The translations under genes and the position numbers were made by a program. A stretch of DNA of 64,000 nucleotides from the NCBI RefSeq assembly GCF_009914755.1, contig NC_060936.1; one strand, written 5' to 3'. This document shows positions 1-19,717 of this stretch, in pieces. Below the pieces are notes generated by a model that was given only the letters and a program-made list of their open reading frames with translations, was not told the DNA's origin and did no database searches. How positions within the stretch are numbered: position 1 is the first letter of the stretch; the number at the start of each line of letters is the position of its first letter. Origin of the DNA: the human T2T-CHM13v2.0 reference genome, Homo sapiens.

Positions 1-79
1 CCTAGCTAGGGTGTCAAACACCAAAGAAAGATAATTAAAGCTGTAATATGGTGATAGAAAGAAGAATCACTGGTAGAAT

Positions 80-200
80 TTATTAAAACAGTTTCCTGGG
101 CCCCATCCTCAGAATTTCTTATTATGTCTGGGTGTGGCTCATTTCTAATAAGCTTGCAGGTCACACCAATGCTGTTGGTCTAAGGATGACACTCAGAAAT
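80..200. mobile_element. MER5A-like hAT-Charlie fragment
   Basis: ctgggccccatcctcaga...atttctaataagcttgcagg...atgctgttggtctaaggatgacact resembles MER5A. Confidence 0.5.
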
Positions 201-687
201 TTTGTAGGTGATGTTTATTGACATTTACTAGGTGAACCACATAGTGGCATCCAGGGTTCCCACCCCAGACCAGCAAAATATAAATATAGTTAGCCAAGGA
301 ATTTGCATTTTAAGTACTTCATATGAACAAGAAAATAGAAGAATATTACCACAAGTAGGCACACGTGAAACCACATGTTAGTATTTTGTCTGTTCTATAC
401 TGCTGAAAATAGAGGAACCTACTTAGTGCTCTGATGTCCTATTGTATTGGCCCCATTTTGATTAGTTTTGAAACTGTGTCTTCAGCTGAAGCATAAATTT
501 TTGGGCTCCTTGAGAAGAAATGCTAAATATTCAAAAAATGTTAAGGGTAAAATTTAATTTAAAACATGTAGTCATTTAGTTACAAAAAAAATATGTGTAT
601 ATGCTTTTAATCAGCACCTAAAACAACTCAAAGTCTGTATTAGAGATCTAAGAACCTACCCAAAAAATACTCACTCAAAAGTCTTCT

Positions 688-989
<302 letters not shown>

Positions 990-2069
990 GTTTTCTAACT
1001 GAATTTTTCTACTAGATATCAACAAAGAATTTGAAATTTTTATTTTTATGTTCATGCTGCATTTTTAACACTACTTGTTTTATCAGGATTTGCATTTCTT
1101 ATCTAGTTTTTAAGTTTGATTTCTTAAACAGCCTCTTAAAAACATGATCTTTTCTAATGATACCTTAGAAAAAGTTTTCCCCCCTAGTTTTAAAAATTCT
1201 GTAAAATTTCATTTCTTTTTTTTTAAGGATGTTAGCATTGGGTGGATAATCTAGTTGTTCTATTGCAGACGTGTAGCTAGTAAAATCTTGGATTTCTAAA
1301 AAATGATTTTACAGTGGAGTCATTATAGAAACCTGGGGGTTCCTAAAGAGAAAATTTGATTTAAATTTATTCATTTTCATTGATTAGTCAAAAAGTATTG
1401 TCAAAAGATATGTGCTTAAGTATTTGGTGGAAAAAAAATAAGAGTCATTGATGATTTTGAAGAGGTGATTTTTCTTGGACTGGAAAACATCCAGAGAAAA
1501 ATGTACTATCGTCCAGAATAGGACATGAGTGGCAGAAAGAAAAATCAAATGGAAAACCATGCTAATAGCTCTTACTCATACACTGTCCCTCTGCCATTTG
1601 TGGTGTTCTGATTAAGGGAATTCCAAATTGATGACTGAAACACTATAAACTTAATTTCATGACACAATAGTATTTTCACAGCACTGTCTTCTTGAGTGCT
1701 CTGCTTGGAGAGAGGAAGAACTTTATAAATAAAACCATTGCATACTACTTTTTTGGTTGAGACAGATAGTAAGCACTTAGGTGATTCTGCAATATTCTGT
1801 TTTTATTTTTTTTACACTATCTTAAACGTCTTTAGAAATTTTTAGAGAGTATTCAATCCCTGTTTGCATTTATAACTGCAAAGCAGCTAAATGGATTTGG
1901 AAATGATGCATAGACTCATTTGGTTAAAAATTATTAAAATACATGTTGGCTGTAGCCATTCTTTATTCCTTGTCATTCAGCCAGTTCATACATTTCAGTA
2001 ACACCAATCTTCAATTTGAAATGCAATCTGTGAACCATAAATCTAGAGTGATACTCCAAAATCTATAAT

Positions 2070-2426
<357 letters not shown>

Positions 2427-2921
2427 TAAATTTCCTTTTATGCCTTTTTTTATGTTGTTATTCTCATTAAGAAACAGATGTAGAATGGTGTTTTCTGAGA
2501 CTTTAAAGTTGGAGGTAATGAAATAGCCAAACAAAAATGCTTAGGTTACAATTAAAGGGAACTGCAGTATGGAGTACTGAGAACTGCAGGTATGGAGTCA
2601 TATTCCTATAAATGGGAATATAAGCATATATAAATTATCTAACCAAAAATGTAGAGACAACATACCAAAACCTTAAAGAGCATCCTGAGGTAATGAAGAA
2701 GGACAGTTGGCATCAAATAGAATAATCATGAAGGCTCAGGAAAACTTGTGCTGATTAAAACAAAAAATCCCTTATTTTTTAGGGATACATACATACTGTT
2801 GTGTTTTCAGGTGAAATTATGGGTGTCTAGAATTTGCTTCAAACTACTCCAGCAAAAGAGGGGGTCGGAGGGAAGCTGAAGGGATTATAGAAAAAGTAAG
2901 AATGGTAGAATGTTAATTTTT

Positions 2922-3002
2922 GAATACCATCCTTTTGTAGTGGCCATACTAATCTTCTCTGTATCGTTCCAATTTTGGTATATGTGCTGCTGAAGCGAGC
3001 AC
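2922..3002 (-). pseudogene. U6 snRNA retropseudogene, 3'-truncated and tailless
   Basis: Reverse complement reads gtgctcgcttcagcagcacatataccaaaattggaacgatacagagaagattagtatggcc...ggatg (U6 nt 1 to about 80); TSD tagaatgttaattttt/tagaatgttattttt. Confidence 0.95.
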
Positions 3003-3965
3003 TAGAATGTTATTTTTAAAGCTAAGTTTCTGATATTAGGTACATGAGGGTTAATGTATGTTTCAAAATTTCTGTAATAAAGTTTAAAAATGGGTTGCAA
3101 GTTTTGGTGCTTAGATTCATAATTGGCTGAAAAAATTATTGTAATTTCATTTATTTAAAATGGAACATTTTGTGTTATCAAATATTATATGTAAAAGTAA
3201 GCAGTCAAAATAAGGAAAAATAGAGCTATGAAAAACAATTTATATATAGTATAAATCTACTTAAACTCTCTTTTGTGTATCTTTAAGTACCTAACACCCT
3301 ACCTGGCATATAGGAAGCATACAGTAAATGCTGTTGAACTGAACTAATCTGTATCTTACAACAGTAAAAGTGTTTAATTTTTTAGGAGATTTAGAATTTT
3401 CTTTTTCTTTCAGAACTTGTCTTAGAATGTTGATTAGAAATGGAGAGTGTAATGTTGGTCTTGTTTTTGTTACTAAGCTAATTTTTGTTTTATGATGTTA
3501 GGTTGTATGAAGTTACGTTGTTTTACAATGTTGGGTTTGAAAATATAAAAATCTTTAAATAACTGTTTTGCTGTCTCAACGTTCAGACTTCTCTGTATTT
3601 TGGTTGCTTAATATGGTGGTAGATTTCCATGAGTGTTAAATGTTTAGTTGACTTACTAAAAGCAAGTTATGTTTTTCTATTGAAGTAAGAGGCTCAACTT
3701 AGCCTTGAATTGCATGTTTTTAGTTGAAACATATTGGGCATAGGGAAATTCAGATACTACAAACTTCCATTTGTCAGGAGTAAGGCTGAATTTTCTGTCT
3801 TCATGAAACCACTTCAGCTAAATGGAAGTCTTACCTTTTTCTGTCTGAGGGCACGATATGTTACACCTAGCCCAAACTGGCCAAAATTAGTTTAATTCTA
3901 GGTAAGTGGTTTGATGTCTAGTTAATGTATGATATTCTTAGCACTTTTTTTTCTCCTTTTTCTAG

Positions 3966-3990
3966 AAAGCCACTAGAGCAGAGTTGCTAG
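3966..3990 (+). CDS. USP15: USP15 alternative terminal exon, coding part ((K)KPLEQSC*) of the short DUSP-UBL-only isoform
   Basis: Strong pyrimidine tract ctttttttttctcctttttctag, then a|aag cca cta gag cag agt tgc tag in the same phase (2) as the 18014 exon. Matches my recollection of the 235-aa isoform C-terminus KPLEQSC. 3' end not determined. Confidence 0.85.
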
Positions 3991-6243
3991 TGAACAGTTT
4001 AATTTCCACATACGTCACAGAAAGAGAGCTAAAGGGCTCTGGTTATCATCCACAGACTGACCAGTCAACCCCTAAATAACCTGATATTAACTCCACAAAT
4101 GTTAGCTAGATTGGACCATGTGTAATCTGAGTCAGAAGTCGGAATCAGAAGAGATAAATGATGCGTTATCACTCAACAGTAATGTCTGCAACAGTATTGT
4201 AAAATTGTTGTACTTTACCTGTCGACCACATCCATCCTTACCTCTCTGATCACCTTACTATTTAAGGACAGTCCCTCTACTCTACCTGTAGTATTTATCT
4301 CAATGCTTCCTGGTCCTTGCTTTTTCTTTTATTATCTCCTCTCTCCTACATATATAAATGCCTAGCATAGTGCCACACATATGGTAAACACCAGTTTATT
4401 ATTTTTATTTCTTTTCTAATGTCATCTTCCCCCTCAGCCTATGAATATAAACACATCTTCATCTTTAAAACCAAAAACCATATACTTCCTCCATTTACCA
4501 TCCTTAAGCTTTTTTTTCTTTGACAGCCACCTACATTTAAAAGGCTATACTTAATGTTGCTTGCCACCCATTCAGGATTTAACAAAGTTCTTATTTGTCT
4601 TTCTTTTAACCTAGTTTATTTGACCTGTCTTTAGTATTTCTTTTTGATAACCATCTTCTAAAGAAATTCTCTGAATTTGAATGCATGATACGACCTTTTA
4701 TGCCAAGGACTTTGCCTCTCTGACCAGTCCTTTGTCTGTCTAGCTCGGTTCCTCTTTAGGGTTGCCACATTTAGTTTTGCAAATTGTGCACAGCTCTAGG
4801 GGGCATCATTCATATCATATGTAGTCTATGTGATAGGCCCTCCTTGGCACGGTGCAGTGCAGCTTCACTAACTGTTTGCAGCAGCTCTACTCAGACCTTA
4901 AATGCATTGACATTCACTAAATTTCTGTCAGAAGACCTCTTTTATCATACCATAGTAGGTGTTCAAAATTAGGTGATTCTATGCTAATCCTCTCCCCCAG
5001 CTCAAACTGACACAAAATATGCCATTCTGTATTTCTAGACTAGACCACTTTTCTGAATTCCAGATTTTTCATAAATTTCATGTAGGACTCACCACCTCAA
5101 ATTAAACCAAATCTTTTTACCCCTCCTTCTCCCATCCCCTCAACCTAAACTGTCTTCATTTCCTGTATTGCCTATTTCAAGTACCATCCAAGAGCCATCC
5201 TGAGTTCCTCCTCCAGCCTTTCTTCTCTTGTCTAGTTAGTCAGCAAGTCTTGCAGATTCTGCCTCCTCACCTGAAGTTTTCAAACAGTACCCCTTTACAT
5301 TCTTGAAAATTATTAAAGATCCAGAGAACTTCTGTTATATGGGTTATAGCTGTTAATATTTGTCATATTCGAAATTGAAATAAGATTTTAAGGTATTTTA
5401 AAATAACAGTACAAAACCATTGTATTTTGACATGAATAACACTTTTATGAAAATAACTATATTCCAAAACAATAAAATTACCAAAAAGTTGCATTGTTTT
5501 TTATTTTTGAAATTTCTTTACTATCTGACTGAATAGAGGACAGCTAAATTCTTGTATATTCTTCTGCATTTAATTTATTGTAATACAATGTTTGGGTTGA
5601 AGTATATGAAGCAAAATCAGCCTCACACAGATACATAGTTGAAAAGGAGTATTTTCAGATCATTAATACTACATCAAAACTTGACTAGTGGTGGTTTAAG
5701 TCTTAAAGTTAAATGATAGAATCTGAAACCATATCAATGAACCTTTTATAGTATTAAAATCTTTCAAATGTAAATTTCATGCATTTTGGTCATTTGGGAA
5801 ATATTCACGGAGTTATGCAGATCTTCCAAATGTTGACACATTTTATTCTACAATTTTTTTCAAATCACATTTTTTAAAACATCACCTATCTTATGAGAAA
5901 CACCTAAGTATTGGGAAGCTGTCAACTTTGTGGTGTCAGAGTCAAGTTTTCCAAGATTCTAATTCTTCATCGAAAGCCCAAATTTTATCATTGGCTGCAA
6001 ATACATTGTTTTCCTTAAAGACACAGCCTTCCTTCATTCATTTTTCAGAAAACCTCTGCTTGATAGCTGTATTAGTCCATTTTCATGCTGCTGATAAAGA
6101 CATATAGGAGACGGGGCAATTTACAAAAGAAAGAGGTTTATTGGATTTACAGTTCCACATGGCTAGCGAGGCCTCACAATCATGGTGGAAGGCAAGGAGG
6201 AGCAAGTCACGTCTCAGAGCTTGTGCAGAGAAACTCCCGTTTT

Positions 6244-12654
<6,411 letters not shown>

Positions 12655-15344
12655 GAAACTGCCATTTTTAAAACCATCAGATCTCATGAGACCCATTCAC
12701 TATCACAGAACAGCATGGAAAAGACTCGCCCCCATGATTCAGTCATCTCCCACAAGGCCCATCCCACAACACATGGGAATTACAGGAGCTACAAGATGAG
12801 ATTTGGGTGGGGACACAGAGCCAAACCATATCATTCTGCCCCTGGCCCCTCCCAAATCTCATCTCTTCACATTTCAAAACCAGTCATGCCCTCCCAACAG
12901 TCCCCTAAAGTCTCAACTCATTTCAGCATTAACTCAGAAGTACACAGTCCAGTGTCTCATTCAAGACAAGGCAAGTCCCTTCCACCTATGAGCCTGTAAA
13001 ATCAAAAACAAGTTAGTTACTTCCTAGATACAAGGAAGATACAGGCATTGGGTCAACACAGCCATTCCAAATGGGAGAAATTGGCCAAAACAAAGGGTCT
13101 ATAGGCCCAGTGCAAGTCCGAAATCCAGCAGGGCAGTCAAATCTTAAAGCTCCAAAATGATCTCCTTTGACTCCATGTCTTGCATCTGGGTCACGCTGGC
13201 ACAAGAGGTGGGCTCCCACAGCCTTGAGCAGCTCTTTCCCTGTGGCTTTGCAGGGTGTAGCCCCACTCCTGGCTGTTTTCATGGGCCAGCATTGTCTGCA
13301 GCTTTTCCAGGTGCACAGTGCAAGCTGTCAGTAGATCTACCATTCTGGGGTCTGGAGGACAGCGGCCCTCTTCTCACAGCTCCAGTAGGTGGTGCCCCAG
13401 TAGGGACTCTCTATGGGGGCTCCAAACCCATATTTCCCTTCCTGGCTGCCCTAGCAGAGGTTCTCCATGAGGACCCCGCCCCTACAGCAACTTCTGCCTG
13501 GTTATCCAGGCGTTTCCATACATCCTCTGAAATCAAGGTGGAGGTTCCCAAACCTCAATTCTTGACTTCTGTACACACACAGGCCCAACACCACATGGAA
13601 GCTGCCAAGATTTGGGGCTTCCACACTCTGAAGCAACAGCCTGAGCTGTACCTTGGCCCCTTTTAGCCATGGCCAGAGCAGCTGAAACACAGGGTACCAA
13701 GTCCCTAGGCTGCACAGAGCAGGGTGGTCCTGGGCCCAGCCCATAAAACCATCTTTCCTTTTAGGCCTCCAGGCCTGTGATGGGAGGGGCTGCTGTGAAG
13801 ACCTCTGACATGCCCTGGAGACATTTTCCCCATTGTCTTGGGGATTAACGTTTGGCTGCTCGGTACTTTTGCCGGCTTGAATTTCTCCTCAGAAAATGGG
13901 ATTTTCATTTCTATTGCATTGTCAGGCTGCAAATTCTCCAACCTTTTATGCTCTGTTCCCATTATAAAACTGAATGCCTTTAGCAGCACCCAAGTCACAT
14001 CCTGAATGGTTTGCTGCTTAGATTGCTTCTGCCAAATTCCCTAAATCATCTCTCCCAAGTTCAAAGTTCCACAAATCTCTAGGGTCGGGGCAAAATGCCA
14101 CCAGTCTCTTTGCTAAAACATAACGAGTCACCCTTGCTCCAGTTCACAAGTTCCTCATTTCCATCTGAGACTACCTCAGCCTGGACTTTATTGTCTATAA
14201 CAGTGTCAGCATTTTGGTCAAAGCCATTCAGCAAGTCTCTAGGAAGTTTTAAACTTTCCCACATCGTCCTGTCTCCTGAGTCCTCCAAGTCTCCAGGAAG
14301 TTCCAAACTTTCCCACATTTTCCTGTCTTCTGAGTCCTCCAAACTGTTCCAACCTCTCTGCCTATTACCCAGTTCCAAAGTTGCTTACACATTTTCGGGT
14401 ATCTTTTCAACAACACCCCATTCTACTGGTACCAATTTACTCTTTTAGTCAGTTTTCATGCTGCTGATAAAGACATACTTGAGACTGGGCAATTTACAGA
14501 AGAAAGAGGTTCATTGGACTTAACAGTTCCACGTTTCTGGGGTGGGGGGGCCTCACAATCATGGCAGAAGGCAAGGAGGAGCAAGTCATGTCTTACATGG
14601 ATGGTGGCAGGCAAAGAAAGAGAGCTTGTGCAGAAAAACTCCCATTTTTAAGACCATCAGATCTTGTGAGATTCATTCACTATCACAAGAACTGCATGGG
14701 AAAGACCCGCCCCCGTGATTCAATCATTTCCCACCAGGACCCTCCCACAACACCAGAGGATTATGAAAGCTACAAGATGAGATTTGGGTGGGGACACAGA
14801 ATCAAACCATATCAATAGTCAAGTTCACATAACCACACGTAGTCGTTTCCTAACGTAAAAGAGAAAAAAGAGTGGTGTCATGAAAACAATGACTGGTTCC
14901 ACTTGTAGTTCATGCAGTTCAAATAACTACACAAGCTTTTCCTCATGACAGCCATGATACTTCAGTTTGTAGCAGATATGCTTTATGCAAACTTCCCAGT
15001 TTGTCAGATAATATTAAAAAGAAATATAAGAGTTAAGATTTAATAAAATCAATAATTTTTTATTTTTTTCAATGTGGATATTCTCAAGTGAAACTTTTTT
15101 ACTGTGATGTGAAGTATAGGTTAGTGCTACTCCTTTGATTCATGCTAAGGTTTCAGCAGTTTTATCCACCATTGCTTTTGCACTATCAGTGCCAATATCC
15201 ACTCAGTGAAAGAGGTCAAATAACATTTAAATAACACTTTGATATTATTATGAAAATAGTTTTGACCTCACCAATGGACACCTTAAAAAGGGTCTTGATG
15301 ACCCCCAGGATCCATGGACTATACTTTGAGAACTGCTTCCTAAA

Positions 15345-15970
15345 CATCCAAGATATGTTGCCCTTGCCCACTCTACTTTCTTAACTCCACCCCTTATTAA
15401 TTCTTACCTTTGTTGTTTTTATAGTTCCCTAACTGGTCTCCCAGTCTTCAGTCTTTTTCTCTTCCTTAAAAGTTCCTAGAATAGAAATCTGATTTTGTTG
15501 ATACACTATTAAAATCTTTCCACATGCTCCAGCACAATTGGATAAAATCCAGATTTCTTCATAGAATATAAAAGACCCTTTATTATCATACCTACCTTAG
15601 TAACCTCTGTTCCTGTCAGTACTTCCTAGTCTTTCAGCCAAGCTGAATTTACTGGTAATTCCCTGAACACATCATGGTTTCTACATGATTTCTACATGCT
15701 ATTCTTCCTAACTGTAATACTCTTTTACTTCCCACCTATCCCTCTAATTGTACGTCATTTTTAAATCACCTTATGTCACCACCTACAAAATTTTATATTA
15801 GAATTTGTTATCATACTTGTATTGTATTATAGTCATTTTGCTTATATGTCATTTTTTCCTATTGTGAGCTGTTTGAGGTCAGGAACTGTGTCTTTCTTTG
15901 TATTCCCAGTACTTATCAAGGGTGAGGCATACAGTAGTCATTTAATAAATGTTTGAGTGTTTAAATGAAC
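15345..15970 (+). mobile_element. L2 3' fragment (continues L2-like sequence at ~4900-5270)
   Basis: ctaactggtctccc...gtgagctgtttgaggtcaggaactgtgtc...gcatacagtagtcatttaataaatgtttga is a typical L2 tail. Confidence 0.6.
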
Positions 15971-16088
15971 TCCATAAAAACTGAAAATACAAATTAATTC
16001 CATGGTATTTCATTTTCTTTTCCAATATAGTTCTCAGAGTTGCTAATTAATAATAAAAAAGGCCACAGATGAGAAGAAAAAGAAAAAA

Positions 16089-16188
16089 GTGTGTGTGTGT
16101 ACATATATATATGTACACACACATACACAGTGTGTGTGTATATACACAAAGTGTATACACTGCATATATATTATATATAATATATATG
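16089..16188. repeat. Compound (TG)n(TA)n(CA)n microsatellite
   Basis: Directly visible alternating purine-pyrimidine tract. Confidence 0.9.
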
Positions 16189-16709
16189 TCTCAGTCACTT
16201 TATTGGATGAACAATGGATCTTTATTTCCATAATTTTTACTATAAGATTCAGGGGAACATTCGATTTATATATGTTTTTGAAAAGTTGTAATGAATTACA
16301 TTTTAAAAAATTAACCTCCTTAATTTATTATAACTCAGTCTCTAATCAATTTAGACGTTTTTTCCTAATTTAGAATTCTTAATGTGGAGGCAAAAATGCC
16401 AGGATATTTCCATTTTTATTAATATTTTAAAACTACTATCTGGGAATATTAGGATTATTAAAATTACTTTTTAAGTGTGTTCTATACATTGTTTTATGAG
16501 AAAACTTGGTTGATTCTATTTTGTTTTTGAGTTTAGTACAGTAAAATAAAATCTTGTTAAAGGGACTTCTATCAGAAGGGTACGTAACTAGAAATCCCAC
16601 TTAACAGAATCCAGTAATATATATCATTTATCAGCTAAAACAACCTCGTTGAAAAGAAAACATTTTTTTCTAAGATTTTATAATGTATAAAACTTTAAAA
16701 GTTAAATTA

Positions 16710-17018
16710 GGCCTGGTGCAGCCTGTAATCACACCTGTAGTCCCAGTGCTTTGGGAGGCTGAGGCAAGAGGATCACTTGAGGCCAGGAGTTTGAGACTAG
16801 GCTGGGCAATATGGTGAGATCTCTGTCTCTGCAAAAAAAATTTGTTTTTAAATTAGCTGGGCACGGTGGCACACGCCTATAGTTTCAGTTTCTCAGTAGG
16901 CTGAGATGGAGGAGCTCTTGAGCCTGGGAGGTCAAGGCTGCAGTGAGCTGTGATTGTGTCACTGCCCCCCAGCCTGGGCAACAGAACGAAACCCTGTCTC
17001 TAAAAAAATAAATAAAAA
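16710..17018 (+). mobile_element. Alu (AluJ-like)
   Basis: gagcctgggaggtcaaggctgcagtgagctgtgat J-type right arm; A-tail. Confidence 0.92.
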
Positions 17019-18013
17019 TGAAATTTAAAATGTACATTTTTTTATATTTAAAAAATTTTATTGCCCACCATTTGTTCTGCATAATGCATTGTAGATATAT
17101 ATATTTAGATAAATCCAAATCACCTAAAAGCAAATTTTGTAGATTATGCTTTTCTGCCTGTTGACCATTTCATTGTTCGTTAGCATAATATTTAAAAGTG
17201 AATCATTCGGGGCCTCACTGATTTAAAATTTACAATGACTGAGTCACTGGACTGAAGCCTAGCTTTTTACAGCCCCTTGCCTAGATGTTGCCTAGTAAAT
17301 TAAAATAACATGTTTACAAAATTACAAGGGGAAATAAAACTTTTAGTGACCTTTATGTACTTAAATTATTGCTGTATTATAGATTTGTTGATTATAAGTC
17401 ATGCCTTTAATACATACTTGTTGATTAAAAACCAATAGTAATTGCAGTTTCTTCAAAAAGATTCTGAATTAATAAGGTATGTATACTATAGTCAGATTTA
17501 TGACTTTTCCCTTTGGCCAAATATAGCATATTGGGATTATGCTTGGAATTATTTTATCTATTTTGTCCCCATTGCCTTAAATTTTTAAAAATTGGAATGT
17601 TCTCTGATCTCTGTGTCAGTGTTGTACATAATTAGAATGCCATGGTGTACCAGTGAGAAACAAAGTAGAATAGTTTAATTCCATTGACTGATGGAAATTG
17701 ATCGTAAAATGTTAAAAATGGTTACCTAAACTCGGAAATGGGTATATGTAGTTAGTAGATTTATAGGAATAATAGCAAGTCGCATATTTAATTTGATAAA
17801 TTTTATTTGAAAATAGTTCCCTTTTGTACTTTTATGTTTTTATAAGGAATAATACATTCAAAATTGAAAACCAAAGGATAATAGTGATTTTGCTCATAAA
17901 TCTATTTTTCAGCATTCATTTACTACAAACATTGTCATCTGTTCTTTTATTTCATAATTAATTTAAAAATTCTTCATTTTTTTATCTAATTTAACATTTT
18001 CATATTTTTAAAG

Positions 18014-18100
18014 GTCCCCAGGTGCATCCAATTTTTCAACTTTACCAAAGATCTCTCCTTCATCTCTATCAAATAATTATAACAACATGAACAACAGAAA
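18014..18100 (+). CDS. USP15: USP15 exon 7, 87-nt cassette (SPGASNFSTLPKISPSSLSNNYNNMNNR), absent from the 952-aa isoform
   Basis: tttttaaag|g ... agaaa|gtaagc; phase 2-2, 87 nt, no stop; missed by the ORF track. Confidence 0.95.
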
Positions 18101-19042
18101 GTAAGCACTGAATCTTAAAAACTCTTTGTTTAATTGATCACCCTATTATGGTTGCAAAAAATCTCTTGTATCTAAAATTTAGGATAAAAGTCTTAATGCA
18201 TTAAAATTGGTTTTCTTTTAAATTACCGGTCAGTTCTTCCATGAGTAACAACAAAAAAGAAAGCAATTAAATTGCTTCTTGATTTAATACATATACTGAA
18301 AGAAATAAAACACTTAAATTTTATATACTAAACACTAATCATTAAAATGTATTTAGAAGATTGTTAGAACACAACTTTTTAGGAAGAATTTAAATTCAGA
18401 TGTCATTTTAGAACTAGATGTGTAATCACATATAATAAAGTATTTTTAAAAAGTGTGTATCAGTGATTCTCAAGTGGAAAGCACACAATAAATTTTTGTT
18501 TATGAAAAAGGCAATCACTTTTTCTTGAGAAGTTCAGAAAAACAATTTCCTTACCTCTTGCCAAATAAAATTTAGAATCATGGAATTTATAAAAATTTTA
18601 TTGAAGTGTGTGTTATATTGCTATAAGAAAAACAGTTGAAAGTCAAGGTTACACAGCTTCACTCTGAGTGTATTATCTTGTATTGACTCTTAGTGTATTA
18701 CCTTGAACATTGACATGTTTTTTTAATTCAAAAAGGAAAAAAGAAAACCTTTATTATTTGTAATTAGCCCAAATTGTGGGAAGAACATTGATCTAGAGAT
18801 GATTATCCTTTTATTTTTTTTTGACATGTATAGTGCCTTTTATGGATTAGATTGAAAGTATTTAGATATTTGCACTAACATATTAGTATTAGATATTTAT
18901 CTAATACTTATACTAATTATGTATTACTATTATACTAATCAAAAATTTTAGTATTTAGATTTTTTTCAGTTTCTAAATGGCATCTGATTATCTCAGTGAG
19001 TAAATTCTAAAAGACTAAAGCTATTTGTGAAATAATCTTTAA

Positions 19043-19093
19043 AATTAAAACACCAATAATTAAATTAAAACACCAATAATTAAAACACCAATA
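19043..19093. repeat. Short tandem repeat (aattaaaacaccaat) x3
   Basis: Visible directly. Confidence 0.85.
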
Positions 19094-19428
19094 GTTAAAT
19101 TTATTTTCTAACAGCTCAGAAACAGATCTTTGTATAAAAAGAATTTAATATGATCAGGAGGCATTGTAGACTAATACGAATGGGCAGATTATCCAGGAAA
19201 TATGGTTGAGAAAATTGGCTCATATCTGAGAATTCTTCTCTGGAATTTTAAATCCAAGATAATTGTTAAGCATATTTAAAAAGGAAAAATAAATGGAAAA
19301 AAGAACTTGTTACAAATGATAAAGGATTTATATTCTAAATATATCAAGCTCATAAAAATCAGAAATTTTCTAAGACAGTCTTAGAAACACTGGGCAATAC
19401 AAGTAAAGGAATTAAATAAGGGACAAAC

Positions 19429-19717
19429 TTTTTTTGAGGTAGGATCTCACCCTGTCACCCAGGTTGAAGTACAGTGTCACAATCACAGCTCCCTGCACCC
19501 ATGACCTCCCAGGCTCAAGTGATCCTCCCACCTTAGCCTCTTGAGTACTTGGATTACAGCACACGCCACTACACCCTGCTAATTTTCTTTTTATTATTTT
19601 CATAGAGACAGTCCCACTATGTTGCCCATGCTGGTTTTGAACTCCTGGGCTCAAGCAATCCTCCTGCCTCAGCCTCCCAAGTGCTGAGATTGCAGGCATG
19701 AGCCACCTTGCCCAGCT
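19429..19717 (-). mobile_element. Alu (AluJ-like)
   Basis: Reverse Alu; TSD-like gggacaaa/gggataaa. Confidence 0.92.

Noticed and set aside
14232-14340. ~54-bp tandem duplication in the THE1 internal region
   Set aside because: I recall this doubling in other THE1 internal sequences, so it is likely inherited with the element rather than local
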